From positions 2,208,001 to 2,272,000 of the forward strand of contig CBDAOI010000004.1 of the NCBI GenBank assembly GCA_965198005.1: a DNA stretch of 64,000 bases, read 5' to 3'. The position numbers were made by a program, and so were the translations under genes. This document shows, one piece after another, positions 20,127 through 31,139 of the stretch. Each line of letters opens with the position of its first letter. Position 1 is the first letter of the stretch. The notes under the pieces are model-generated. The model did no database searches. It was not told the DNA's origin and saw nothing but the letters and a program-made list of their open reading frames with translations. Origin of the DNA: Spirochaetia bacterium (GTDB lineage: Bacteria; Spirochaetota; Spirochaetia; SZUA-6; Bin103).

Positions 20127-21120
20127 TGCTGCAAGCCTACCTGCCGCAGGCGGTCAGCCGCGAATATCCAAGCCCCACGATCACCTGTTCCGTTCCGTGT
20201 TCGGACAGGAACAGGAAACCGAGGCCGCCAGCCTGCTGTGGTCGAGCCTCAAGTGGCAGTCGGTGAGCTTCATCGACGACCGCCTGCGCGACAGCGAATC
20301 GGACCTGCTGTACGCGATCCGGCGCACGGCCGACGGCGCCGCGGCCTGGCTGTACGTGCTGCTGGAGCACCAGTCGACCCCGGACCCGTGGTTGCGGCTG
20401 CGGCTGCTGAAGTACAGCATCCGGATCTGGGAACGCGATCGGCGGCGGCATCCGCAGGAGCAACAGTTGCGCCCGATCGTGCCGCTGGTTCTGTATCAGG
20501 GCGGGCGCGTCTGGCGCGTAGCGCGCGAGTTTGCGGAGCTGTTCTCCGAGGCGGTGCGGGGTTGGCCGGGAGTGCCGCGCTACGCGCACCTGTTGATCGA
20601 CCAGACGCAGGTGCGACCGGAGGAGCTGCGCGGGGAGTTGCTCGGTCGCATCACGCAACTGGCGCTGATGGCGGCGCACCGGGCGAGTTGGCCGGTGTTG
20701 CAGCGGCTGGTGCCGCTGCTGGCGGAGTTGGCGGAGGTGGGCGGCAGCGAAGACCTGCGGCGGATCGTGGTGTACATTGCGACCACGACGCGGGAACCGG
20801 AGCGCTGGCACAGATTCGCGGAGGCAGTACGGCGACAGGTGCCGGGAGGTGGAGAACTGGTGAACAAGACCGAAGAGATGATCGAGATCTACGGCGATAT
20901 GAGGGAGCGTGAAGGACGACAGGAAGGACAACAGAAAGGCCGTCAGGAAGGACGTCAGGAAGGTGAGTTGCGCGGCAAGGTGCAAACCATCGAGGGATTC
21001 GTGAGACGAGATGTTCCTTGGTCCATCATCGAAGCGGCCACCGGGATCGACGAGGCCACCTTCGACGGGCTCAAGCACCAACTCGACGCCGCTAACGGCG
21101 ACGCCACCCAATCCAACTGA
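20127..21120 (+). pseudogene. Rpn family (YhgA-like PD-(D/E)XK) nuclease, copy 1, rearranged 5' end
   Basis: PHDHLF, SDLLY, LLEHQS; near-identical to 57784-58791 but lacks the native start. Confidence 0.85.
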
Positions 21121-21149
21121 ACCACGCCGAGGCCCGGCAGGTTGAAGAT

Positions 21150-21895
21150 GCCGGTCGGTATCTACTCGGCGATCCGCCCGGACACGGCCGCCGACTACGT
21201 GGGCCGGTCGCTGGCCATCCTCGGCTTGGCCACGCCCAACTTCTGGCTGGCCACCATGGTCATCGTGTTTCCCGCAATCTGGTGGCGCTGGTCGCCGCCG
21301 CTGGTGCTGGTCTCGTTCGCGGAAGACCCGCTCAGGAGCCTGGCCGGGTTCGCCGTTCCCAGCCTGATCCTGGGGACCTATCTGTCCGCGGCGACCATGC
21401 GGATGACGCGGACGATGATGCTGGAGGTGCTCAGACAGGACTACATCAGGACCGCGTGGTCCAAGGGGCTGCTGGAACGCGCGGTGATCCTGCGCCACGC
21501 CGTCAAGAACGCGCTGATCCCGGTGGTCAGCCTGGTCGCCCTGCAGGTGCCGATCCTGGTGGGCGGCTCGGTCATCATGGAGAACATCTTCAACCTGCCG
21601 GGGCTGGGACGGCTGCTGGTGGATGCGCTCACCATCAGAGACTACCCGATCGTGTCCGGCGTCAACCTGGTGTTCGCCACCGTGGTGGTGGCGGTCAATC
21701 TGGTGACCGACCTCTCGTACGCGCTGATCGATCCGCGCGTGCGCTACCGGGGCGCGGTGATCGCCGCCAAGGAGCACGTCTACTTCGAGGCGGCGCGGGC
21801 GGTCGGCAGCTCGCGCTGGCGGACGCTGCTGCACCACCTGCTGCCCAACATCGCGCCGGTGCTGATCGTCATCTACAGCATCAACATCGGCGCGC
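21150..21895 (+). pseudogene. Dpp/Opp permease B 3' half fused to a permease C fragment
   Basis: Matches 40921-41520, then 42012-42157. Confidence 0.85.
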
Positions 21896-21897
21896 GG

Positions 21898-21926
21898 TTG
21901 ACGGCTGTCGCAGGGTCGGCTATGGT
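21898..21926 (+). promoter_or_regulatory. Sigma70-type promoter, orphan copy
   Basis: TTGACG-17bp-TATGGT; homologous to 53996, 62696 and 62790. Confidence 0.6.
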
Positions 21927-22032
21927 GACCGTCTTGGGGTCCCGACGGATGCGGGGAAGAGCTTCGCGCCAATGGCATCCTGGAGCTTCGCGGGCTCCTT
22001 ACAGGGACCGAGTTCAGTGAAGCCGAGCCGGG

Positions 22033-22447
22033 CGCCCCTGCCGTAGGGCGCCGGCTCCGCCAACGCTGGTGGACAGTTCCGTTCGTGCGTGCCGGCAGAT
22101 CGACGCGGCGCGGGTGCGCATCACCGGCGGCGCGTGGCGCGACACGCTGGCCCAGGTCGTCGCACAGGCGGCAGCGGGACTCGGATGCCCTCCCGAGCAT
22201 ACTTCCGCGCAACTGTACAAGCTGTTGGTGTACGAGCCGGGCGGGTTCTTCGCCTCGCACCGGGATACCGAGAAGGTGGACGGCATGGTCGCCACGCTGG
22301 TGGTGTCGCTGCCGGTGGCGGGCGCCGGCGGCGAACTGGTCATCCGTCATGGCGAGCGCGAGGCCGTCGTCGACCTGTGCGCCACCGAGCCCTCCGAGCT
22401 TGCCTTCGCCGCCTTCTACGCGGATTGCGTCCACGAAATCCGGCCAG
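22033..22447 (+). pseudogene. 2OG-Fe(II) oxygenase fragment
   Basis: Near-identical to 33630-34049; first 30 nt are inverted. Confidence 0.85.
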
Positions 22448-22449
22448 TA

Positions 22450-24177
22450 CTACCTGGTGACGGTCAGCAGCGTGCCGGCCGCCAGGCCGTGCGCAGCGCC
22501 GACCACGTCCTCGGACCCGTCCGGCCAGCGGATGCTGAGCCGCTGCGGGCGCTCGCCGGCGGGGAAGCCGAAGTGGACGCGGGGCGGATTGCTCGACAGG
22601 TAGCCGCTGGTCGCCTCCACGTCGCGCCGGTAGCCGGCGGCATCGGTGTCCAGCCGCAACGAGGCGCCGATCGCGAACCGGTTGGCCGTGCCGGACCAGA
22701 TCAGGTCCACCTGCAGGCTCGCCCCGCCGCACAGGCGGTTCTCGAACAGCAGCGACGGCGCCCGGTAGTTGTTGACCACGACGTCCAGGTCGCCGTCGCG
22801 GTCGAGATCGCCCAGCGCCATGCCGCGCCCGCTCTCGGTGGCGCCCAGCCCCCATTCCGGAGCGGCCACGAAGCGCCCCCCACCCACGTTGCGTAGCGCC
22901 TGGTTCTCTTCGACCAGCTCGGCGTCCTCCAGTTTGCCGAACGGGTGGCCGATCATGCCGTTCACGGCGTACAGGTCCAGGTCGCCATCGTTGTCCAGGT
23001 CCCCGAACTGCGCCGACCAGCTCCAGCCGGTGGCGGCGACCCCTGATTGGCCGGCCGTGTCCACGTACGATCCGTCCTCCCGCCGGGTCTGGAGCACGTT
23101 GGCCGCGGCCTGGACGCCGTCGCCCACCGGGGTCGCCGCTCCGCCCGGTTGCAGCAGCGGCCCCCAGGCTTCGTCGATGTCCGCACCCGCGCGGTAGGGG
23201 CTCATGTCCGCCGCGAACAGTTCGATCTGACCGTCGTTGTCCACGTCGCCGGTGGCGAATCCCATGGTGTTGCGGGTGGTCACCGGGAACGGGCTGCCCG
23301 GGCGCCACCACGACCGGTGCGGGCGCGTCGGATCGGGCGTGCGGAGGAACACGTTATCCGGGACGTCATAGTCGTTGCCCACGACGATGTCGCTCAGCGC
23401 GTCACCATCGACGTCGATCAGCACGATGGCCAGTGCCATCGCGCCTTCGGCGAGGTGCTGTGCCCGGAACTGAAACTCGCCCTGCTCGAACGGGCTGCGC
23501 CGGTCGCGCGGCCCCAGGTTCTCGTAGTACCAGACACCCCGCTGCCGGGTTCGGGCCTCGGAAACGTTCCTCGTCACGAAGTTCCGGTATGCCTCCATCG
23601 CCTCGCGCCGCTCCAGCTCGGCGTCGTAGGTGGCGCCGACGAGGTCGAGATCCCGGTCGCCATCGAGATCGCCCCACGCCATCGAGTAAATGGGATGGCG
23701 AGCGATGAACTGTTCGTCGTCCACGATCCGGAAGGCGCGGCCGCCGCTCCCCCGCAGCCACCGCGGACGCTCGTCGGTGCGCGTGGCGACGATGTCCTGA
23801 TGGCCGTCGCCGTCCACGTCCACGATGCTCACCGCGCGCGCCCCGACGAGCTCGAGCGCGACGGCTTCGAACGCCAGATCGCCGAGCCCGCCCCGGTTCC
23901 AGAGCACCTTCGCCGGGCCGTGCAGGCCGCCGAGCACCACGTCGAGCCAGCCATCGCCATCGAGGTCGGCGATCGCGACGCCCGCGCCGTTGCTGTCGAA
24001 CGGCATCGGCAGGTTCGGCACCGGCTGCACCGAGTGCGGCAACGGCCGCGCCACGAACACTCCCGCGCAACTCGACTCACTGCTGATCGGGGTGACTGCG
24101 ACGTGGGGAGCCGCGCCGAGCTGGCCCGCGCCCAGCAAAGCTGCCGCCCACACCGCACCCCTCCAACGTCCTGACAT
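22450..24177 (-). CDS. CRTAC1-family secreted protein (FG-GAP/VCBS repeats + ASPIC/UnbV)
   Basis: Repeated DxDGDGxxD; C-terminal SGYLS..VHFG..WPDG. Confidence 0.85.
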   Translation of the reverse strand: MSGRWRGAVWAAALLGAGQLGAAPHVAVTPISSESSCAGVFVARPLPHSVQPVPNLPMPFDSNGAGVAIADLDGDGWLDVVLGGLHGPAKVLWNRGGLGDLAFEAVALELVGARAVSIVDVDGDGHQDIVATRTDERPRWLRGSGGRAFRIVDDEQFIARHPIYSMAWGDLDGDRDLDLVGATYDAELERREAMEAYRNFVTRNVSEARTRQRGVWYYENLGPRDRRSPFEQGEFQFRAQHLAEGAMALAIVLIDVDGDALSDIVVGNDYDVPDNVFLRTPDPTRPHRSWWRPGSPFPVTTRNTMGFATGDVDNDGQIELFAADMSPYRAGADIDEAWGPLLQPGGAATPVGDGVQAAANVLQTRREDGSYVDTAGQSGVAATGWSWSAQFGDLDNDGDLDLYAVNGMIGHPFGKLEDAELVEENQALRNVGGGRFVAAPEWGLGATESGRGMALGDLDRDGDLDVVVNNYRAPSLLFENRLCGGASLQVDLIWSGTANRFAIGASLRLDTDAAGYRRDVEATSGYLSSNPPRVHFGFPAGERPQRLSIRWPDGSEDVVGAAHGLAAGTLLTVTR

Positions 24178-24237
24178 CGGCGCACATGAAACCACACCCG
24201 CCGGCACGTCCACAAGGCTGCGCGCAGGTCACGCAGG

Positions 24238-25038
24238 TCATGTCAGCAACCGCAGCACGTCGTCTCGGTTGACCAGATCAATCTCTTCCTGGCGTTCGAG
24301 AAACGGACGCAGGTCGGTCACGGCGCGACCCCAATCCATGGCATCCAAGCGCTCGGCGAGCGACCGCCGCCACGTGTGCGGCGCCATCTCCGGACCGCGC
24401 CAACCGGTCTGCCCGAGTGCCGCGTTGAGCAGAGGGAAATTGGGCGGCGGCCATCCCGGGTCGCTCAGATACCAGCTCAGGTCGTACAGGTCGCGTCCCT
24501 TGGTGTAGGGGCGCTGCAGCACGGCATGCAGCTTGCCGGCGAGCAGGGACGCGCGGTCATGGTGAAACAACCGGAGCGTCTCGTGACGGCGTACCAGGCT
24601 GGTGTCCATCGTCGCTCCGGCGGGGGGCCGGGTGTCCACTTCGATCTTGATGGCGAGCACTTCGGCCGGGTGCGGCGACAGACCGATTTCGTACAGCAGG
24701 CCCGGGAACCGCACCAGGGCACTGTGCACCGTGCGGGAGTCCCGAACGCGCAGGTCGATGCGGTAGTGCTCCGCCGCCAGTTCGCCGCGGATCGTTTGCA
24801 GCCAGCCGCGCAGTCGGTACCCACCGTATTCGCCTTCCAAGGCGAAATCGAGGTCTTCGGAATAGCGCGGCAGGCTGAACAGGAAACGCAGGCACGTGCC
24901 CCCGTGAAACGCCAGTGAGGTCATCGCGCCGGCGCGCTGCAGCGCTCCGAGAATGCGCGCCTGCAGGTACTCGCGCGCGACGTTGCGGCCCCGCAGCGGC
25001 CCGCGTCCCTGCACGAGCTGTCGCAGGTGATCCTTCAC
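24238..25038 (-). CDS. AbiEii-family nucleotidyltransferase toxin (type IV TA)
   Basis: FHGGTCLR..RYSEDLDF and KGRDLYD. Confidence 0.88.
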   Translation of the reverse strand: MKDHLRQLVQGRGPLRGRNVAREYLQARILGALQRAGAMTSLAFHGGTCLRFLFSLPRYSEDLDFALEGEYGGYRLRGWLQTIRGELAAEHYRIDLRVRDSRTVHSALVRFPGLLYEIGLSPHPAEVLAIKIEVDTRPPAGATMDTSLVRRHETLRLFHHDRASLLAGKLHAVLQRPYTKGRDLYDLSWYLSDPGWPPPNFPLLNAALGQTGWRGPEMAPHTWRRSLAERLDAMDWGRAVTDLRPFLERQEEIDLVNRDDVLRLLT

Positions 25039-25670
25039 AGGGTGTCGTAGCCCGGCGCCTCGCCGGCAATACGGCGAATGCGGCCGGCGGCGCGCGCCAG
25101 CTTCGGCGTCGCACAGGTCTCGGCAAACGACTCCAACCGTTCGAGGCGCAACCGGTCGAAATCAAGCCGCAACTCGCGGAGATACGCCGCGTCGTCGCCG
25201 CCGGGCTGCAGATGGATCAGGTCGAGCAGCGCCTTCTCCGGCTCCGCCACGAAAGCGCGCTGCCCGTCGCCCAGGTCCACCTGGCGATAGCCGAACAGCA
25301 AGCCGGGCTTCAGGTGGCGGAAGGAACACCTGCCGAACGCCGTATGGCGCAGCTGCGGCCGCCCCGGCGTGACGCTGGTCACTTCGGCCACGTACTCCGG
25401 AATCGCCTGGACCAAGGCCAACGCCGACAGACCGCTGACGTAGGACCCCGGCACCAGCCGGTTCGCCACGAGGAACGGATGCGGGAGCCGTTTCTCCCAG
25501 GGCGGCGCCAGGGTATACAGTCCGCGCCGCAGTTGCCGAATCCTCCCGCTGCGCGTCCAGCGCGAGAGCTGGCGCCGCAGATCGGCAGGGTCAACGGCCC
25601 CCGCCAGCAGCAACCCGGTCTCGAACAGCGGCTCATCCGCCACGATCTCCGCCAACTCCTGAAATCGCAT
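25035..25670 (-). CDS. AbiEi-family antitoxin/transcriptional regulator
   Basis: LRRGLY, SYVS..SAL and EPEKALLD; 4-nt overlap with the toxin. Confidence 0.85.
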   Translation of the reverse strand: MRFQELAEIVADEPLFETGLLLAGAVDPADLRRQLSRWTRSGRIRQLRRGLYTLAPPWEKRLPHPFLVANRLVPGSYVSGLSALALVQAIPEYVAEVTSVTPGRPQLRHTAFGRCSFRHLKPGLLFGYRQVDLGDGQRAFVAEPEKALLDLIHLQPGGDDAAYLRELRLDFDRLRLERLESFAETCATPKLARAAGRIRRIAGEAPGYDTL

Positions 25671-25842
25671 TGCGACAAGTTACCATTTACGGCAGACTGT
25701 TGCCACAGTCAGACCCCCACAAGCCCCACAAAGCGCGGACGGCACGGAGCGCACTGCCTCGCAACGGCGCGCGGATGCGCTGGGGGTGGTGGCGGAGAGC
25801 GCGCTGGCGGGCAAGCTGGATCCGGGCGCGGCCGGTGACCGC

Positions 25843-26218
25843 TTGTGCAGCGCTCATCCTGGACGACGTCCGCGCCGGACTGCGTCTGTCCCTGGATGCG
25901 AGTTGGTCGTTGCTGGGAATCCAGCCTGACCTCTCGGCCTGGGGGAAGGCGATCGCCAGCGGCGAGCCCCTGTCAGCCATCCTCGGCAGCGAGCCCTACC
26001 GCGAAGCGGCCACGTCCATCTTCGTGACCGGATCGCTCTGGTACCAGGGGGCGCCGCTGGCGGCGGCCATCGAGACGCTCGAGCTGCTCGCCGAGGTGGA
26101 CGCTCCGGCCCTGCTGCAGCGCATGGGTCAACTGTTCCGCGACGGCCTCGCGGAGCAGTCCACCCGTTACGGCCACGCGCTCCGCCAGACCGGCCCCCGC
26201 AGATGCCCACCGTCATGT
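25843..26218 (+). pseudogene. Class III aminotransferase fragment
   Basis: Near-identical to ~53322-53697. Confidence 0.85.
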
Positions 26219-26274
26219 ACGACGAGTGCGTTCCGCGATCAACGTCCAGGCATGAGGGAATTGAAGAATCCGCA

Positions 26275-27653
26275 ACATCCGCCTGGGCGTTCGCTGGCAT
26301 GACAAGGCGCCGATGAACGGTCGCGCGCTGACCGCCGCGGACATCGAATTCAACTACCACCGGATGATGGGCCTCGGCAGCGGCTTCACCGAGCGGTTGT
26401 ACGGATCCGATCTTTTGGTCGGCGTCGAGGTCGAGTCGGTAACGGCCACCGACAGCTCGACGGTGGAGTTCAAGCTGGCGAGGCCAAGCGTCTCTGTTCT
26501 TGCCAAGATCATCCAGGGGCCGATTAACTTGATCTATCCGCCCGAGGTCATTCGGGCAGAGGGGGACGGCGAGGACTGGCGGGATCTGGTCGGCACCGGT
26601 CCCTATTCCCTCACCGACTGGACCAAGGGCAGCTCAATCACCTATGACAAGAATCCCGACTACTGGGGCTTCGACGAGAAGTTTCCGGACAACCGCCTCC
26701 CCTATTTCGACCAGTTACACGGGCTGATCATGCCCGAAGCGGCGACGTACCTGTCGGCGCTGCGCACCGGCCAGCTCGACTACGTGGGGGCGCTCACGCT
26801 CACCCAATTGCGGACTATTGATCAGCTGGAGAGCCTGCAGCGGACCAACCCGGAGCTCGTGCCCTCTCCGTATGGCCTACGGTCGGACAATGCGGTCGCC
26901 CCGAACACCCAGGTGGAGCCCTTTGGCGATATCCGAGTACGCAAGGCGCTGCAGATGGCGATCAACCTCGAGGAGATCAACCAGGGATTCTATAAAGGCT
27001 TTGCAGATACCATCCCCCAGGGACAGATCAGCCGCTTCAATGGGGCCGTCGCGGTCCAGTTCGATGAGTGGCCGGCAGATGTCAGGAAGGTATTCGAGTA
27101 TGACCCAGCCGGTGCCGAGGCGCTGCTCGACGAGGCGGGCTATCCGCGCGGCGCCGACGGCGTCAGATTCAAGACCGAGATCTTGCACCTCGAGCGTTAC
27201 GATCTGAACCACACCGAGCTCCTGATCAGTTACTGGGACGCCATCGGCGTCAAGGTAGAGGCCGAGGTGCGAGGGGGAGCTGAGTACGGGGCCAGAAGAA
27301 ACGCTCGAGAATATGAGCTCATCACGGCGGAAGGGGCTTGCAAGTGCCCCGCAATCCAAATTCTGGGGAAATTCCTTCCGACGGCAGGATGGAACACCTC
27401 CAATGTCGACGACCAGTGGTACCAGGCCAAGTTCGACGAGGCCGCTGGCGCGACCACGCTTGACGAGCAAAACGCGGCGCTCCGCGAGCTGGATATGTAC
27501 TCGATCGAGCAGTTCTGGCAGCTCTTCGGGCCAATTGGGCCGCAGTTCAACCTGGTCCAGCCGTGGGTCGCGGGATTCAACGGCGAGTCCACGATGGGAT
27601 GGGCCAGAGCAGTCTTCTGGCGCATCTGGTTCGATAGCAGCCTGAAGCCGTAG
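26275..27653 (+). pseudogene. ABC family-5 substrate-binding protein, N-terminally truncated
   Basis: Begins at IRxGVRWHDKAPMNGR; paralog of 38518-40290; no signal peptide. Confidence 0.8.
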
Positions 27654-27748
27654 AGCACGGCGCGTTTGCTGCTGGGGTGGGGTCGCGCACGGCCGGCGGC
27701 CGGCCCTGCTCCCCAGCTCAGTCCCCCACAAACGATGGAGCGTAATAG

Positions 27749-28558
27749 ATGAGGGCGTATGCCGTCCGGCGGCTGTTGATGGTCATCCCGACCCTGTTCC
27801 TCGTGACCGTCCTGGTGTTTCTGTCGGTCCGCTTCCTCCCGGGCGATCAGGCACTGATGGGCGGCGATACGGTGGAGCAGAGCATCGCCCAGAGACTACC
27901 GGTGACCATTCAGCTTGGCCTGATGGCGATCGTCATCGGGCTGGTGATAGCCGTGCCGGTCGGTATCTACTCGGCGATCCGCCAGGATACCGCCGCCGAC
28001 TACGTGGGGCGCTCGCTGGCCATTCTCGGGCTGGCGACGCCCAACTTCTGGCTGGCCACCATGGTGATCCTGTTTCCCGCCGTCTGGTGGCGCTGGTCCC
28101 CGCCGTTGGTGCTGGTCTCGTTCGCGGAAGACCCGCTCGGGAGCCTGGCTGGATTCGCCATTCCCAGCCTGATCCTCGGGACCTACCTGTCCGCGGCGAC
28201 CATGCGGATGACGCGGACGATGATGCTGGAGGTGCTCAGACAGGACTACATCAGGACCGCGTGGTCCAAGGGGTTGCTGGAGCGATCGGTGATTCTGCGC
28301 CACGCGGTCAAGAACACCCTCATCCCGGTGGTCAGCCTGGTCGCCCTGCAGGTGCCGATCCTGGTGGGCGGCTCGGTCATCATCGAGAACATCTTCAACC
28401 TGCCGGGGCTGGGGCGGCTGCTGGTGGATGCGCTTTCGATCAGGGACTACCCGATCGTGTCCGGCGTCAACTTGGTGTTCGCCACCGTGGTGGTGGCGGT
28501 CAATCTGGTGACCGACCTCTCGTACGCGATGATCGACCCGCGCGTGCGCTACCAGTAG
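27749..28558 (+). CDS. Dpp/Opp permease B with an in-frame internal deletion
   Basis: 52 aa shorter than 40559-41524 after FLPGD. Confidence 0.8.
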   Translation: MRAYAVRRLLMVIPTLFLVTVLVFLSVRFLPGDQALMGGDTVEQSIAQRLPVTIQLGLMAIVIGLVIAVPVGIYSAIRQDTAADYVGRSLAILGLATPNFWLATMVILFPAVWWRWSPPLVLVSFAEDPLGSLAGFAIPSLILGTYLSAATMRMTRTMMLEVLRQDYIRTAWSKGLLERSVILRHAVKNTLIPVVSLVALQVPILVGGSVIIENIFNLPGLGRLLVDALSIRDYPIVSGVNLVFATVVVAVNLVTDLSYAMIDPRVRYQ

Positions 28559-28566
28559 GGCACCGG

Positions 28567-29580
28567 ATGCGCACGTTCGCGGCGTTCCTGACCAACAGGC
28601 GCGGTCGCTCCATGACGCCGAAGCCCGTGCAGACCGGTGCACGGGGTGCGCAGGGTTCGCCCGCTGGAGGAGGTTTCCTGACTCGGCTGCGGCGGGAGAA
28701 GCCGCTGGCGGTGGTGCTCGGGAGCGTGCTGCTGCTGTTGATCGGGGTGGCGCTGTTGGCCGACGTGCTGGCGCCGTTCGCGCCCAACGAGGTGTTCCTG
28801 ATGGACCGGCTGCAGGGCTCCTCGGCGCGCTATCCGCTGGGCACCGACCAGTTGGGACGCGACTTCATGAGTCGTCTGATCTACGGCGCTCGCCTCACCC
28901 TGGGCGTCGGCCTGGCCGCGACCGCCGTCAACGTGCTGGTGGCGCTGGTCGTGGGCGGCGTTGCCGGCTTCATCGGTGGCCGGCTCGACCTGACCGTGCA
29001 GCGCTTCGTCGATGCCTGGATGTCGATTCCCGGCCTGCTGATCCTGCTGACGGTGATGTCGGTGGTCGGCCGGGGGGTGCTGCAGATCATCGTGGTGCTG
29101 GGGGTGCTGGGCGGCATCGGCGCCTCGCGGGTGGTCCGGGGCGCGGTGATCGCCGCCAAGGAGAACGTCTACTTCGAGGCGGCGCGGGCGGTCGGCAGCT
29201 CGCGCTGGCGCACCCTGCTGCGCCACCTGCTGCCCAACATCGCGCCGGTGCTGATCGTCATCTACAGCATCAACATCGGCGCGGTGGTGATCAGCGAGGC
29301 TTCCTTGAGCTTCCTCGGGTTCGGGCTGCCCACTACCGTGCCGAGTTGGGGCGGCATGCTCAGCCGCGAGGGGCGCCAGTACATGGAGATCGCGCCGCGG
29401 CTGGCGGTGTGGCCGGGCCTGTGTCTGACGGTGGTGGTGTACTGCCTGAACATGGTCGGCGACGCGGTGCGCGACCTGCTCGACCCGCGCCTGCGCGGCG
29501 GCAGCGGCCGGCTCGGCGCCTACGGCGCGCAGGCGGTCAGAAAAGCTACGCTGCCCGCACAGCCCGCGCGGAAGCTGTAG
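28567..29580 (+). CDS. Dpp/Opp permease C with a 90-nt N-terminal insertion
   Basis: LGTDQLGRD, EAA loop and SFLGFG. Confidence 0.88.
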   Translation: MRTFAAFLTNRRGRSMTPKPVQTGARGAQGSPAGGGFLTRLRREKPLAVVLGSVLLLLIGVALLADVLAPFAPNEVFLMDRLQGSSARYPLGTDQLGRDFMSRLIYGARLTLGVGLAATAVNVLVALVVGGVAGFIGGRLDLTVQRFVDAWMSIPGLLILLTVMSVVGRGVLQIIVVLGVLGGIGASRVVRGAVIAAKENVYFEAARAVGSSRWRTLLRHLLPNIAPVLIVIYSINIGAVVISEASLSFLGFGLPTTVPSWGGMLSREGRQYMEIAPRLAVWPGLCLTVVVYCLNMVGDAVRDLLDPRLRGGSGRLGAYGAQAVRKATLPAQPARKL

Positions 29581-29594
29581 GTCGACAAATGATG

Positions 29595-29604
29595 GACCAT
29601 GGTC
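29595..29604. promoter_or_regulatory. Palindromic operator candidate for the TA operon
   Basis: Perfect palindrome GACCATGGTC with a second CCATGG just downstream. Confidence 0.45.
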
Positions 29605-29631
29605 ATAATCCATGGTACTATCGGCGGAGAC

Positions 29632-29877
29632 ATGGAGGAGATTCAGATCTCAACGTTCAAGGCCACCTGTCTCGCCGTTCTGGATCGCGTGGGGAAGACG
29701 CGCGTTCCGGTGCTTGTGACGCGATTTGGCAAGCCAGTCGCGCAGATCGTCCCGCCTCCCCCCGCTGCGCCGGACGACGGGTGGCTGGGCTGCATGCGGG
29801 ACCGCACGACAATCGTCGGTGACATCGTTTCCGCCGCGTCGGATCCGTCGGACTGGGACGTGCTGCGCCAGACATGA
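29632..29877 (+). CDS. Phd/YefM-family antitoxin
   Basis: ISTFKATCL..LDRV...VTRFGKPVA. Confidence 0.88.
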   Translation: MEEIQISTFKATCLAVLDRVGKTRVPVLVTRFGKPVAQIVPPPPAAPDDGWLGCMRDRTTIVGDIVSAASDPSDWDVLRQT

Positions 29878-30272
29878 AGCTGCTGCTCGATACCCACATC
29901 TGGGTGTGGAGCGTGGCGGACGAGTCACGCCTGACCGACATGGTGCGGCGCACCTTGGATGACCCAGCGCACGAGCGGTGGATTTCCGCCATCAGCGTCT
30001 GGGAAGTCCTGATCCTGGCTGAGCGAGGACGCTTGATTCTGGAACCCGATGCGCGGAGCTGGGTACGTCAGGCGTTGGCCGATGCACCCCTGCGCGAGGC
30101 TCCTGTCACGATCGAGGTGGCGTTAGCCAGCCGCGGCGTACGGCTACGGAATCAGGATCCAGCGGACCGCTTCATCGCCGCGAGCGCCATGGTGTTCGGC
30201 ATGACGCTGGTCACGGCCGACGGCGATCTGTGCGACTGCCCGGATATCGACGTGCTTCCCAATACCGGCTGA
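29874..30272 (+). CDS. vapC: VapC PIN-domain toxin
   Basis: LLLDTH, SVWE, DPADR and LVTAD. Confidence 0.9.
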   Translation: MKLLLDTHIWVWSVADESRLTDMVRRTLDDPAHERWISAISVWEVLILAERGRLILEPDARSWVRQALADAPLREAPVTIEVALASRGVRLRNQDPADRFIAASAMVFGMTLVTADGDLCDCPDIDVLPNTG

Positions 30273-30329
30273 CCATCCCGCGCGGAAGTGACCCCGCCCG
30301 CGGTCGCCGTAGTTGCGATGCGCAGCTGG

Positions 30330-30890
30330 TTATCCCAGGGACAGGGTTTCCGGTACGAACAGGTCCGCCGGGGCAACCGCTTGCGGTATCTATCCCTGGT
30401 CCACGTTGAACCGGATGAAGGTCTCCAGAGTCTTGCGCGAACTCTCGAAGCTGTAGGGCAAGGGGTCGTCGCCGACGGTCTCCGCCAGCTTCAGCAGCGG
30501 CCGATCCCCGGCGTCGGCGGCGGCGCCGGAGCGCAGGCGGCGCAGGAACTGGGACCTGGCCTCGTTGAACAGGCGAAACAGCTCGGTCGCGAGACCGGCG
30601 TGCGACTGTGGCTGACGGGATAGACCCCGGTCTTGCGGTGCCAGGCGTCGTCGGCCTGGCGCGATGGCGGCGTCGATCTCGCCCGCCAGCAGCATCCGGC
30701 CGAGGTCGTTGTTGGGCGACGCCACCACGTTGGACGGCGCGACGTACTCCTCGACGTGTTTGTCGGTTGCCAGCACCCAGGTGACCGCGCCCAGGTCAAC
30801 GCCGTATTCGGTCGCCAGGATGCCGCGCGTCCAGACGCCCGTCGTGAACCTGTAGCTGCGGACGCCCACCCTCCGGCCTTCGAGGTCACC
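30330..30890 (-). pseudogene. 4,5-dihydroxyphthalate decarboxylase-like / binding-protein remnant, copy 1
   Basis: VGVRSY..TTGVW.RGIL..EYGVD, LLAGEIDAAI and GDDPLPY. Confidence 0.7.
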
Positions 30891-30905
30891 ACCTACGACG
30901 CCGAC

Positions 30906-31135
30906 TCACGACGGACCTCCAACCGGTTGCAGGCGGACTCCTCCCAGGCTTGGCGGGTGAAGGTGCGGCAGGTGACGGGGGTACGGCGGGCGCGGCAGAC
31001 GGCGCGGCGGCGGCGCATGTTGGCGCGCTCGGTCCACCCGCACCGGAAGTAGGAGACGAGGTAGTGGCAACGGTTGCCCGTGCAGCCGATGGCCCGCGCT
31101 GCCGCCTTCCACTGGCGATCGTGGCCGTGCCCCCG
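30906..31135 (-). pseudogene. SprT-like domain C-terminal fragment
   Basis: GHGHD.QWKAAARAIGC..RC. Confidence 0.45.
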
Positions 31136-31139
31136 GCCG

